Shown here piece by piece: positions 45,484 through 55,507 of a DNA stretch of 64,000 nt. How positions within the stretch are numbered: position 1 is the stretch's first letter; every line of letters begins with the position of its first letter. The position numbers were made by a program, and so were the translations under genes. Origin of the DNA: Anaerolineae bacterium (lineage in GTDB: Bacteria > Chloroflexota > Anaerolineae > DUEN01); contig JANXBS010000004.1 of NCBI GenBank assembly GCA_025060615.1, positions 5,400 through 69,399 on the forward strand. Direction: 5' to 3'. The notes under the pieces were generated by a model. It searched no databases. It was given only the letters and a program-made list of their open reading frames with translations, and was not told the origin of the DNA.

Positions 45484-47532
45484 CTATGGCTGCAGCGCTG
45501 CCGGCAGCGAGAGGGTCACGGCTGGCGGATTGCTCATGGGCGGATCGGCGTCGCGCACGGTGAGCCGCAAGCCGCTAGCGTCACTCGCCACATCGAACAC
45601 GATCACACCGATGGCCGTTTCCCAGGGCGCCAGTTTATGCAGCGCCAACGAGAGCAACCCATGTTGCTCTGCGTAGCGGTTGGTAGCTGCGATGTTCACC
45701 TCATACCGACGGCCTCGGCTGTCCCGCACTCCTTCGCCGAAAGTCAAACTAGCAGCGATCTGTTGATAACCACCGCTTCGGTTCACGATTCGCAATGGCA
45801 CGACTAGAAAGCGACCCTGCTCCGGCCGAAGTGTAGGCGCGCCCTCCAGCAGGTTTACGAGCGTCGGCGTGCTGACGGCGATTTCGAGATCACCGACTAC
45901 CTGAACCGGGCCGAAAGCAAGCTGAGGCGGTGTAGGCGTGGGCGTCGCTAAACGCACTTCTCCGGGCGGGTGCATAGCAATGGCCGAATCAGCGGCGACC
46001 TGTAATTGCGTGATAGACAGCCGCAATGCGCCTAGCTCGCGCGGGAGCTCGCCGGCGGTCAACCATGGCGGCGTATCCACCTGGATGGATCGCTGGCGGT
46101 CGCCTCGACGCGCGGTCAGCCGATAGGTCAGGCATGTGGGACAAGACTTGCCGAATCTATCTTGGGAGAGGTCAAAGAGGCCCTGTCGCTCTAGCTGCCC
46201 CAGCAGCGCCGCCACATCCTCGGGCCGGCCATGCACCACCCATTGCTGGGCGCGACGGCGATCTTCGATGACCACCCTTCCGTCCTGGAAGTAGCTCACC
46301 TGGCGATCCACCTGGAGGCTCTGGCTCTCGTAGGAGAAGACGACGACAGCCTCCACGGGTGATCCGGGTGTTACGATGGGAGTGCTCGTCGGGATGTGAG
46401 ATGTCGCCGTGTGGGTAGCCGTGGGCGGCTTTGCCATCGCAGTGAAGGTAGCGGTCGGCGGCACTAGTGTAAGCATGGGCGTGGGCGGTTTCGGGGTCGC
46501 CGTCGGGGAGACTGTAGGCGTGTGAGTAGGCAGTCGTGTCGCCGTAGGACTGGCTGTTGCAGTGGCTGAGGGTGTTACGGTGGGCGCGACGGTAGCCGTC
46601 AGAGTGGGGGTTGACGTTGCCGTTGGACTGGGAGTCCATGTCTCGGTAACCGACGGGGTAGGGGTGGCCGAAGGAGTCGCCGTGAGCGTTGCGGTCGGTG
46701 CCCCGGTGGGCGTCGCCGTCGGAGAGGGAGAAGGCGTTTTTGTCCCAGTGGGCGAGGGTGTAAGCGTTGGAACGGGCTTCTCCGTCTCAGTAGGGGAGGG
46801 CGTAGCCGTTGGGACAGGTGTCTCTGTCTCAGTGGGCGAGGGAGTCGCTGTAGACGTTGCGGTTGGCGTCTCCGTCTCGGTAGGCGTCGCCGTCGGAGAG
46901 GGAGGGAGTGCCTCGGTCTCGGTGGGCGACGGAGTAGCTGTCGGGACAGGCGTGAGCGTCCCGGTGGCTGAGGAGGTCGCTGTAGGCATTGCGGCTGGCG
47001 TGAATTCCTCAATCGCACTTGCTGCAGCTTCCAGCGTCATCACCGGCGCGGAGAAAGGCGAGACAGTTGCGGTGGGTGTGGCCGTCTGAGGTATCGAGGC
47101 GACCTCACCGAGCCTGATAGGAGGTATTGGTCTCATGGTAGGGGAGGGTAGGAGCGGAGTCGGCGTTGAACTGGGCTCGAAGGTAGCGGTAGGGCTCGCC
47201 GTAGCGGTTGGGCTGGGCTCAAAGGCTGCGGTGGGGCCCTCCGTAGCGCTCGGGGTTGCTGTTGGCTCAACGGTGGCTGCAGCGCTTTCCGTAACGGTAG
47301 GAGACGCCATCGCTACAGGCTGCGCCGTTGGAGATGACGGGGGGGGCGGCGTATCAGGAGGCAGGGTCAGCGTGCTCGTAGGAAGAGGCGGCGTACTTGT
47401 GAAAGTGAGCATGGGAGGCGGAGGAGTCAAACCAACTTGAGAAGCACCTCTCCCCCTGGCGATCAGCCATGCTGCCCCGATGATGAGCACAGAGAGGACA
47501 ATACCGATGATCAGCAAACGTGAGGAACTCAT
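45484..47532 (-). CDS. Signal-anchored surface protein with ~350-aa Thr/Pro/Ser/Ala-rich region and C-terminal globular domain
   Basis: ATG 47532 with GGAGG RBS; MSSSRLLIIGIVLSVLIIGAAWLIA anchor; long PTxT repeat region; immediately upstream of, and co-oriented with, the PMT-like gene. Confidence 0.6.
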   Translation of the reverse strand: MSSSRLLIIGIVLSVLIIGAAWLIARGRGASQVGLTPPPPMLTFTSTPPLPTSTLTLPPDTPPPPSSPTAQPVAMASPTVTESAAATVEPTATPSATEGPTAAFEPSPTATASPTATFEPSSTPTPLLPSPTMRPIPPIRLGEVASIPQTATPTATVSPFSAPVMTLEAAASAIEEFTPAAMPTATSSATGTLTPVPTATPSPTETEALPPSPTATPTETETPTATSTATPSPTETETPVPTATPSPTETEKPVPTLTPSPTGTKTPSPSPTATPTGAPTATLTATPSATPTPSVTETWTPSPTATSTPTLTATVAPTVTPSATATASPTATRLPTHTPTVSPTATPKPPTPMLTLVPPTATFTAMAKPPTATHTATSHIPTSTPIVTPGSPVEAVVVFSYESQSLQVDRQVSYFQDGRVVIEDRRRAQQWVVHGRPEDVAALLGQLERQGLFDLSQDRFGKSCPTCLTYRLTARRGDRQRSIQVDTPPWLTAGELPRELGALRLSITQLQVAADSAIAMHPPGEVRLATPTPTPPQLAFGPVQVVGDLEIAVSTPTLVNLLEGAPTLRPEQGRFLVVPLRIVNRSGGYQQIAASLTFGEGVRDSRGRRYEVNIAATNRYAEQHGLLSLALHKLAPWETAIGVIVFDVASDASGLRLTVRDADPPMSNPPAVTLSLPAALQP
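46777..46951. repeat. Imperfect tandem DNA repeat (period ~42-48 nt) encoding the [ATPSPTETETPVPT]n units
   Basis: Repeating tctccgtctc(a/g)gt(a/g)gg… units read in sequence. Confidence 0.4.
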
Positions 47533-47735
47533 AAATAGACCTCCGAGCCGAGGCCATCTGAAAAGCGGCGCAAGCAGCTGAACGCATTCTACTCCAGGCG
47601 TGAGGAAAAGCAAGCTAGCTAGGTGGAAGAAGAGACCCCCCTCCGCCACCTCAAAGGCCGGGGGTCAGGGGTACGCGCTCATCTGATTTCTGTCCCGCTC
47701 GCATTGTCTTCAAGGCATTTCCAAAGGGGTTCAGC

Positions 47736-49505
47736 CTAGCGAGTGCTGGCCGCTACCAGCCTTTCCACTTCTTGCTCGATCACAGACTCTTCCAGCTTGC
47801 GGAAGAGGGGCTGTGGCTCGCGCAGCGGCTGTCCGGGCGGAAGGCGCTCAGGCCTCCAGGCTGCCGACAGCCCCGAGACATCGTAGCGCAGCGCCAGATG
47901 AGAGCGCTCTGTTTCATGATAGGTTTCCACATACTGCCGACCAAAGAGGGTGCCCTTATGCCCTAGATACTCATGCAGCTTTTGCGAAGAGAAGGGCAGG
48001 AATGGGCTGAAGATTACCCGTAGCCAATCCACCGCTTGCAGGCAGACGTAAATGCTAGTGGCGGCAGCGGTCGGATCGGTCTTGATTTGCTGCCAGGGCT
48101 CCTTCGCATTCAAATAGCGATTGGCTTCTTGGGCTAGGCTCATGGCTTCGGCGAGGGCGGCCTTGAAGTGACACCCCTCGATCTGCCGGCCGACAGACTC
48201 GAAGCCGGCCTCGATGCGGGCCAGCAGGGCGCGGTCGGCCTCATCCAGCTCCCCTGGCTCGGGCACGCGGCCGTCAAAGCGACGGTAGGCGAAGCTGAGC
48301 ACCCGATTCGCCAGGTTGCCCCATGTCGCCACCAACTCGGTGTTGTTGCGACGGACGAATTCCTCCCAAGTGAAGTTGACATCTGCCGTCTCCGGCGCGT
48401 TGATGGTCAGGATATAACGCCATGGGTCGGGGTCGTACCGTTGCAGGACATCCAGCACCTCGATCACCCAACGGCGTGATTTAGAGAGCTTCGCTCCCTC
48501 AACGTTCAGGTACTCGTTGGCCGGCACGTCGTAAGGCAGGTTCAACCCGCCGTACGCGTAGAGCATCCCTGGCCAGATGATGGTGTGAAATGGAATGTTG
48601 TCCTTGCCAATAAAGTAGTAACTCTTTACATCGGGCGCGATAGCCGAATCCCACCACTCTCGCCACGCCTCTGGTTGACCGGTGATCTTGGCCCACTCTT
48701 TGGTGGCTGAGAGGTAGCCAATCACCGCATCGTACCAGACGTAGATGCGCTTACGCTCATAGCCGGGCAGCGGGATGGTGACACCCCATTGGATGTCACG
48801 GGTAATGGGCCGGCCGCGTAGTTCGCCTGACTCCAGTTGTGCCCGCGTGAAATTGAGGACGTTGGGGCGCCAGTGTTCCTTGTCTTGGCGGATCCACTCT
48901 AGGAGGGGAGGATTCAGTTTCCCCAAATCCAGGAAGAAGTGCTCCGTCTCTCGGATGACGATCTCAGCGCTTCCACACACCTTACAGCGCGGGGTGATCA
49001 GCTCAATGGCATCCAATGTGCGACCGCAATTGTCACACTGATCGCCGCGGGCGCTGGTGGAACCACAATACGGGCACGTCCCCTCGACGTAGCGATCGGC
49101 GAGGAACCCCTGATGGCGGTTGCAGTAGGGGGCTTGTTGGATGTCCTTGTAGATATAGCCACGCTCCAGGTGGCGCAGAAACATGTCCTGGGTGACCGCC
49201 CAGTGGTTCTCCGTATCTGTCTCAGTGAACAGGTCGAAGGTGATGCCCAGCTTCTGGAACATCTCTAAGAAGCGCGGATGATAGCGATCTACCACCTCGC
49301 GCGGCGTGATGCCTTCCTCTTCAGCGCGTACGGTGATCGGGGTCCCATGCGTGTCAGAACCCGACACCATCAGCACCCGGTTCCCTTTCAGACGATGATA
49401 GCGGGCGAAGATGTCTGGTGGCAGGTAGGCGCCGGCGATGTGGCCGATATGCAAATCGCCGTTGCAGTAAGGCCAGGCGACGCAGACCAGGATTTTCTCA
49501 GGCAT
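47736..49505 (-). CDS. metG: Methionine--tRNA ligase
   Basis: HIGH motif ([12 protein letters not shown]), zinc knuckle CPYCG…CDNCG, KLSKS. Confidence 0.9.
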   Translation of the reverse strand: MPEKILVCVAWPYCNGDLHIGHIAGAYLPPDIFARYHRLKGNRVLMVSGSDTHGTPITVRAEEEGITPREVVDRYHPRFLEMFQKLGITFDLFTETDTENHWAVTQDMFLRHLERGYIYKDIQQAPYCNRHQGFLADRYVEGTCPYCGSTSARGDQCDNCGRTLDAIELITPRCKVCGSAEIVIRETEHFFLDLGKLNPPLLEWIRQDKEHWRPNVLNFTRAQLESGELRGRPITRDIQWGVTIPLPGYERKRIYVWYDAVIGYLSATKEWAKITGQPEAWREWWDSAIAPDVKSYYFIGKDNIPFHTIIWPGMLYAYGGLNLPYDVPANEYLNVEGAKLSKSRRWVIEVLDVLQRYDPDPWRYILTINAPETADVNFTWEEFVRRNNTELVATWGNLANRVLSFAYRRFDGRVPEPGELDEADRALLARIEAGFESVGRQIEGCHFKAALAEAMSLAQEANRYLNAKEPWQQIKTDPTAAATSIYVCLQAVDWLRVIFSPFLPFSSQKLHEYLGHKGTLFGRQYVETYHETERSHLALRYDVSGLSAAWRPERLPPGQPLREPQPLFRKLEESVIEQEVERLVAASTR

Positions 49506-49870
49506 AGCTCCACACTCCTATGAGACTAGCGGTCAGATCCAAACGAACAGCTAACCCTGTCTTAGCGAGTCATATAAACTCGGAGGATAGTCACAGATTA
49601 ACACAAAACGAGCAAAACGTGAACTTCCGCTCATGCAGCACTACTGCACTTCAGCGTGGTTGAAGAAGCGGAGAGTTCCGGACAGACTCATCCCCTCTCA
49701 CGAGGGCTTTTAACCAATTCTTTACTCACCCCCTCTAGGCCATGGGAGAGGCCAACTGAGTCAGAAAAAGGCAGGTGAAAGTTAAGAGAAGGTTTATTAA
49801 GTGCAAAGCGAACGTGATTGGCCTTGACAGGCTACCAGCCTTGTTGACATGTCGCTTCGCCTCATATAAG

Positions 49871-50593
49871 ATGTTAGCAACATTTGCTAGAGGGCTGCTC
49901 TTGCGCACGAGTATACTGCGACGACTGGAACGCCTGACTTTGCTGATCTTCCTGCTGGCGCTTGGAGGTAGCGCGCTACTAACCGAAGAGCTGCGTAGCT
50001 GGGGGGAACAGGCTCGCCAGTTGGTCCAGTTCTTGCCCATTCCCGGCCTCATCAGCCCACTGGAGGGACGACGTGTGGGCTTAGTCGCTGGACACAGTGG
50101 CAACGACTCCGGCGCCGTCTGCCCGGATGGCTTGCGTGAGGTGGATGTTAATCGGGCGGTCGTGTTACGGACGGCGGAGCGGTTGCGTCGAGCCAGGGCT
50201 GAGGTAGATGTGCTGGATGAGTTCGACGAGAGACTTGTCAACTACCGAGCGGATGCCCTGGTGTCCATTCATTCAGACTCGTGCATCGACGCCACCGGGT
50301 TTAAAGTCGCCCGCGCGATCACCAGCGCGATTCCAGAGATCGAGGATCGGTTGGTCGCCTGTCTTTATCAGGCCTATGGCCAGGTGACCGGGCTTCCCCG
50401 CCACGACGGCAGCATCACAGTGAACATGACCCGATATCATGCGTTTCGCGTGATCGCCCCAGAGACGCCTGCAGCCATCATTGAGTTAGGGTTCCTAGGA
50501 GGAGATCGCGATATCCTCACTCGTGATCAAGACCGCCTGGCGAAAGGCGTGGCCCAGGGGATCATCTGTTTCCTAACGGAATCTCAGCCCTGA
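49871..50593 (+). CDS. N-acetylmuramoyl-L-alanine amidase (Amidase_3 family)
   Basis: VGLVAGHSGNDSGAV…ADALVSIHSDS motifs; start uncertain (ATG 49871 or GTG 49775). Confidence 0.7.
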   Translation: MLATFARGLLLRTSILRRLERLTLLIFLLALGGSALLTEELRSWGEQARQLVQFLPIPGLISPLEGRRVGLVAGHSGNDSGAVCPDGLREVDVNRAVVLRTAERLRRARAEVDVLDEFDERLVNYRADALVSIHSDSCIDATGFKVARAITSAIPEIEDRLVACLYQAYGQVTGLPRHDGSITVNMTRYHAFRVIAPETPAAIIELGFLGGDRDILTRDQDRLAKGVAQGIICFLTESQP

Positions 50594-52545
50594 TCGGCCA
50601 GTCTGGGCTTGCCGATCATGAGTTGCATCAGCCCCCATCCACCGCGATCACCGGTATAGTCATTGGCTGGCCCTGGCTCCGCGCTGAACGTCAGCGTGAC
50701 CTCACGCCCACGCCACGGTGTCAGATCCACGGTTACATCGTGCCAGCGCTGATCCTCCGGCCCGTTGCCGATATGCCTTTGGAAGGCTACCGATGGGCCC
50801 CCTCCATCATCTATTGCGAGCACAAAGGTGGCACCATCGCCGCCCCATCCCCACGTGACTGGGTCAAGCGCCAGGCTCAACCACAAAAAGGCAGGCTGAT
50901 CAGGCAAGCGTAGTCGATAGCTCACTTGCGCCGGCGGATGGGTCACCATCACCGGCCGCGTGTCCCCATTCTGCGGCATAGTGAACCGGGTGATGGCGAC
51001 GTACTGACATATCGTTGGGTCCTCGCCGGGTTCAGCCTCGCACAAAGGCTGTGGCGGATGCTGCACCTGCGCTTGCGAGAACTCAGCAATCAGATCGTGA
51101 ACACGATAGATGGCCAACAAGTCCACCTTGGCAGGGTTCAGCTCTACACGCTGGTAAGCATGATTGCTCCACACCCACGGCGTGGTGAGACACAGGGACG
51201 ATGTGAGCAGGGCAACGCCGACGCGCCGGGCAAGGGCTGGCGTCGCTTGGGCAACCATATGCGCCGTCCAGGCCGTCACCGGCACAGATGCGATAGCGAA
51301 AAGGTCCCAATCATCTGGCCGTGGCAGCTTGTTGTCAAAGGCCAACGAGTAAGCCAGCACGCCCAGGGTGGACGTACCCCAAAACGTCCCAGACCGGCCT
51401 TGTGACCTCCAGCCTATAGCTAGTAACAGAGCCGCGGCAATTACAGAGGGCGCAACCAAGTACAGGTTGTTGAAGACATCGAGCAGGTGACCTGGCGATA
51501 GCATCTCCCTCGCGGAAAGCCATAGCCGGGTGTCATCAGCGAAGCGATTCACTCCGATCTGCAATGGCGGTGCGCCGATTGCCTGCGCCAGCCCGAAGAG
51601 GATTAACAAGGGCACTGCCAGCCCGATCGCCAGCCAGAACACTTGCCTGAGTACCAGCCTAAGGGCCGGACAGGCAATCTCAAAAGGATAGCGCTGACGT
51701 GCAGTCGGAGGACCGTCGCGGCCTGGCTCTGCTGCACTTCGCAACGGGTTGCAAACAGAACCGAGCAAAACCGCCAGGGAGGGAGCCAGAAAAACTGCCT
51801 GAGGGTGAAATGCGATTGCCAGCCCCAGCGTACCTGCGGCCCAGACAGGATGTCTACGTCCATGCAGCGTCTGAAGCGCCAGCCACATGTAGCCAAGCGC
51901 GGTCGCCGTCACCAGCGTATAGTTCTCCACATGCCCAAAGAAGAGCTGCATGGCGCCAGGGGATAGCAACAGCGCAAAGGCCAGCCCACGGCGCAAGGCG
52001 TCATCCGCCATCTCCCCAGCCAGCCGCCAGGCGATCCACACATAGGCCACTCCGGCCAGACAACTGACCAAAGCGATAGCCCGCCAGGCATCCCAGCCAA
52101 CGAGGGCATGAGTGATCTGATATACGGCGACCACCAGCAGGCGATCCAGCGGCTCCTTCCAGAAGTACTCGCCGCGCCAAGTGGTGCGCCATCGCCCCTC
52201 CAGCAGCGCCAGCGTGTAGAGAGCATCCCCCCACAGCGTGCGCTCTCGCAGTAGCCAAAACAGGAGTCCACTGGCGATCAACAGCGCAGCACCCACCGCA
52301 CGCGGCGCTCGCGCCAACCAGCCGATGGCTCGCTCTAAGGCGCAGCTTACCCATTCCACCGCCGGCGGCAGCAGCGCGGCGAACGGCAGCGCGACCAGGA
52401 TTATGCGTGCTGGCCAGGGCAGGTCGGTCAGCGCGCGCATGGCCCACAATGCCTCACGGCCGGACAACAAGAGGGCTAATACCGCAAAGATAAGGGCGTT
52501 GAGCAAGAGCGCCAGCGAAGTTCGGCGTGCTATTGGGAGGGACAT
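50584..52545 (-). CDS. Polytopic membrane protein with C-terminal extracytoplasmic domain, possibly a glycosyltransferase of the PMT/DUF2723-like type
   Basis: 653 aa, many TM helices in the N-terminal 400 aa, soluble C-terminal ~200 aa. Confidence 0.45.
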   Translation of the reverse strand: MSLPIARRTSLALLLNALIFAVLALLLSGREALWAMRALTDLPWPARIILVALPFAALLPPAVEWVSCALERAIGWLARAPRAVGAALLIASGLLFWLLRERTLWGDALYTLALLEGRWRTTWRGEYFWKEPLDRLLVVAVYQITHALVGWDAWRAIALVSCLAGVAYVWIAWRLAGEMADDALRRGLAFALLLSPGAMQLFFGHVENYTLVTATALGYMWLALQTLHGRRHPVWAAGTLGLAIAFHPQAVFLAPSLAVLLGSVCNPLRSAAEPGRDGPPTARQRYPFEIACPALRLVLRQVFWLAIGLAVPLLILFGLAQAIGAPPLQIGVNRFADDTRLWLSAREMLSPGHLLDVFNNLYLVAPSVIAAALLLAIGWRSQGRSGTFWGTSTLGVLAYSLAFDNKLPRPDDWDLFAIASVPVTAWTAHMVAQATPALARRVGVALLTSSLCLTTPWVWSNHAYQRVELNPAKVDLLAIYRVHDLIAEFSQAQVQHPPQPLCEAEPGEDPTICQYVAITRFTMPQNGDTRPVMVTHPPAQVSYRLRLPDQPAFLWLSLALDPVTWGWGGDGATFVLAIDDGGGPSVAFQRHIGNGPEDQRWHDVTVDLTPWRGREVTLTFSAEPGPANDYTGDRGGWGLMQLMIGKPRLADQG

Positions 52546-52547
52546 CT

Positions 52548-54116
52548 TTACTGCTTCGCGTCTGAGCTCAGGAGATAGCGCAGGATGATCCCATGCACCA
52601 CCTGTTCGATGGGTGCTCGATCGTCGGTGAAGATCGGCGTGTCCGGCAAAGGCTTCGCGACTCGGGCCTGAGGCAGCGCCCGACGCATTACCTCAATTAT
52701 CAATGGATGGGTTAGAGCGGCCGCATTGACGTGCAGGTTCTCTAGCCGGGTTGGCTGCACCGTGCCCACCACCAGGCTATTTCCCAACCCGTAACCGAGG
52801 TCGGGCTCGTCCACGATGTAAACGGAGGGGAAAACTTGAGACAGCGTGGCGGCCAGAGCGTCTACCAGCCGATAATCGTCATGGGTCCGGCCTACGTTGA
52901 CGGCGATCACACCCTCATCAGTCAGATGGGCGCGTGCGAGCTCGAAAAATTCTACTGTGGCTAGATGAAACGGGATATATGGCGGTCGGTACGCATCAAC
53001 AGCGATCACATCATAACGGCGATCGGTCGTCTGCAAGAAAAAGCGACCATCTTGAGCCACAGCTCGTATGTTCAGCTGGGTCATGGCGAAATAGCGTTGC
53101 CCTGCTTCGATTACAGTTGGGTCTAGCTCGACGCCGTCAATGGGAATAGAGCCAAACACCTGTGTATACAGATGGGCGATCGTGCCGCCGGCCAAGCCGA
53201 TCAAACAGAGGCTATCCACCTGCTCGGTGGAATATGGTGGCGAATTGAAAAAGGGGACTATTAAAAAGTAGTCCCAAATCCCCTCGCTTAGAGCCATATC
53301 CGGAGCATAGACCGATTGCAGGCCCTGTCCCTCATTGAGCAACAGCCGCATCTCCCCATCTTGGTGTACGACCTGAACATAGTTGTATGGCGTCTCCGCC
53401 TCGAATACCAGGCCGGGAGCGGGCTTGATGGGCGCTGACCGGGCAACCCAGGCGATGAGGAGCACGATCAGCAGCATACCGGCGTAGGGGAACAGGGCGC
53501 GGGCGCGATGTGTGCACAACCAGATGCCGTAGCAGGCGATTGCTAACAGGCCGATCCCGAGCATGCTGAACGTCTGACGCGTACCGACCTGAGGGATCAG
53601 CACTAACACCGGCAGAAAAACGCCCAAAATACTGCCGACAGTGGAAAGCGCGTAGATGCGCCCAGATGCCTGGCCGGTGGAATCCACGTGAGTGACGGTT
53701 AATCGTACGGCGAAAGGCGCGATGCACCCCAACAGGATCACGGGGACAGCCAGAAGGGCCAAGACACCGCTAAGCGATCCCCCCAGCAAGGCCAGGTCGA
53801 AGCGCACATCGTCAAAGCCGCGCGCCGCTAGACTCAACACCGGCCGAGAGAGCAGCGGCACCCATCCGATGAGGAAGCCGGCCCATGCAGCCAGTTGGCA
53901 CAGTGTCAGCAAGTTGGGAGAGCGGTCGGCCAAACGACCGCCAAGGGTATAGCCTACCGAAAGATATAGCAAGATGAGGCCGATCAGGCTAGCCCAAACG
54001 AGTATGGAACTGCCAAACCAAGGTTCTAACAAGCGGGACGCCGCCAGCTCAACCCCCAGCGTGGTCATGCCGGCAACGAAGACCAGCACATTCAGATAGC
54101 GTGTTTGTGCCTGCAC
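52548..54116 (-). CDS. Spermidine/spermine synthase-family protein fused to an N-terminal multi-TM domain
   Basis: N-terminal ~7 TM helices, C-terminal aminopropyltransferase-like fold (…DVIAVDAY…). Confidence 0.65.
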   Translation of the reverse strand: MQAQTRYLNVLVFVAGMTTLGVELAASRLLEPWFGSSILVWASLIGLILLYLSVGYTLGGRLADRSPNLLTLCQLAAWAGFLIGWVPLLSRPVLSLAARGFDDVRFDLALLGGSLSGVLALLAVPVILLGCIAPFAVRLTVTHVDSTGQASGRIYALSTVGSILGVFLPVLVLIPQVGTRQTFSMLGIGLLAIACYGIWLCTHRARALFPYAGMLLIVLLIAWVARSAPIKPAPGLVFEAETPYNYVQVVHQDGEMRLLLNEGQGLQSVYAPDMALSEGIWDYFLIVPFFNSPPYSTEQVDSLCLIGLAGGTIAHLYTQVFGSIPIDGVELDPTVIEAGQRYFAMTQLNIRAVAQDGRFFLQTTDRRYDVIAVDAYRPPYIPFHLATVEFFELARAHLTDEGVIAVNVGRTHDDYRLVDALAATLSQVFPSVYIVDEPDLGYGLGNSLVVGTVQPTRLENLHVNAAALTHPLIIEVMRRALPQARVAKPLPDTPIFTDDRAPIEQVVHGIILRYLLSSDAKQ

Positions 54117-54378
54117 GAGATCCTGCCCTCTACGGGAGGATTATAGTCTCAAGGCAGTGGGACGGCAAAACCACTCAGCTTATATTCAAAGCAGGTGCGG
54201 CCTGCCCGCTGCCCACAATCAATGGCTATGCCAGAGGCCGGCGACCCAATAGCGATGAGACACGCCCAATTCCTCCTGGCATTCCCGCCGGCGAGGGAAG
54301 CGGAGATCATCCCACCCTGAGTCACTCCCCTGAACGCCCGGCGGAAGAGAGGGACTAGTACGCTAGCACGCTTCGAAC

Positions 54379-54407
54379 TTGCCAACGCGATGTATCCGTG
54401 GTAAAAT
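54379..54407 (+). promoter_or_regulatory. Sigma70-like promoter for tRNA-Gln: -35 TTGCCA, 17-nt spacer, -10 TAAAAT
   Basis: Hexamers 14 nt upstream of the tRNA 5' end. Confidence 0.4.
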
Positions 54408-54420
54408 GTAAATGCATAAT

Positions 54421-54492
54421 TGGGGAGTCGTCTAATGGGCAGGACAGCAGACTCTGGATCTGCACGTCGGGGTTCGAGTCCCTGCTCCCCAG
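54421..54492 (+). tRNA. tRNA-Gln (anticodon CUG)
   Basis: Manually folded cloverleaf: acceptor TGGGGAG/CTCCCCA with U1:A72, D-stem GTCT/GGAC, anticodon stem GCAGA/TCTGC, loop CTCTGGA, T-arm CGGGG-TTCGAGT-CCCTG, discriminator G; no encoded CCA. Confidence 0.85.
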
Positions 54493-54499
54493 CCTGGGA

Positions 54500-54527
54500 G
54501 GCTAAAGTTTACGCTTTAGCCTTTTTT
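54500..54527 (+). terminator. Intrinsic terminator after tRNA-Gln: GGCTAAAG-tttacg-CTTTAGCC followed by TTTTTT
   Basis: Seen in sequence. Confidence 0.6.
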
Positions 54528-54528
54528 A

Positions 54529-55302
54529 CTATCGCAACATCGCGACGCGCGCCACTTCACGTCCCTTCTCCGTCAATCTCAGCCGCTTGCCACCATCTAC
54601 CCGCTGCGCCAGTCCATGGCGCACCACATAGTCCGCTACCTGCTCAGCAAACGCTGGCGACCAACGTAGATGTCGCTCTAGGTGATCTAAAGCCGTCTCC
54701 TCAGCCTCGTCTGCTGCGCCCTCGTGCTGCGAGAGGTGCACCAGCAACATCTCCCCGGCGAACTGCCAACGCTGATGACGCAACCTAGCCCAGCGCGCCA
54801 CCAGCCCACGCTCCGGCGCCAGGAGCAGCGCTGCCAGGAAAAACAGCCCTGCCATGGTTGCCATGCTTCCCGCAATGGAGGCATCAAGCTGCCGCGCTAG
54901 GAGATAGCCTGAAACCGCCGAGGCCACGCCGATACCCACGCTCATCCCCAGCATCGTTGACAGCCGCTCGGTCAGCAGATAAGCCGCTGCAGGCGGCGCG
55001 ATCATCAAGGCCACCACCAAAACCGACCCCACCGCCTCAAATGAGCCTACCGCGGTCACGGAGACCAAGGTCATGAGCGCGTAGTGGATCAACGCGGGCG
55101 AGAACCCCAGCGCCGCCGCCAGGCCGACATCAAACGTCGCCAGCTTCAACTCCTTGTAGAACACTAGGATGAAGGCCAAGTCCACCAGCCCAATCGCCCC
55201 GGTCAGCCACAATGCCCTCGGCCCCAGGTCCAGACCCGCCACGATAAACCGGTCAAACGGCGCGAAAGCCAGCTCACCCAAAAGCACAGCGTCCACGTCC
55301 AT
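54529..55302 (-). pseudogene. N-terminally truncated ABC-3 (ZnuB/MntB-type) metal-transporter permease fused to a C-terminal winged-helix-like tail; probable gene remnant
   Basis: The ORF begins at the motif DVDAVLLGELAFAPFDRF, which sits mid-protein in ZnuB-type permeases. Only ~5 TM helices remain and only ~200 bp of non-homologous upstream DNA. No cognate ATPase or substrate-binding protein gene nearby. Confidence 0.45.
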
Positions 55303-55507
55303 CTGGACGTGGCTAGCTCCCAGCTGAAAAATGGCTAGATATGGTCCATGGACCGGCCAAAGGCGGTTGACTTGACCCAGTATCTAGGCTATCATCAGAG
55401 TTGTATAGGGAGGTCCGGAGCAAACAGGCCCTTTGAAGAGAGCGATATAGCGTCACCTCCCTCTCCCAATCTCTATCCGAGCGGAAGCTGAAAGAGGAGG
55501 AATGGTT

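Noticed and set aside
46200-47100. Repetitive region considered as a CRISPR array
   Set aside because: Repeats are imperfect, in-frame and coding (Thr/Pro linker), with no spacer/repeat regularity and no cas genes
46172-47440. Several +- and minus-strand ORFs (GVGV…, RLPR… repeats, 101-175 aa) inside the TP-rich gene
   Set aside because: Alternative-frame translations of the repetitive Thr/Pro codon tract; the minus-strand frame with signal anchor and RBS is the coherent one
49506-49770. metG leader as a T-box riboswitch
   Set aside because: No T-box consensus (AGGGUGGNACCGCG-like) sequence visible
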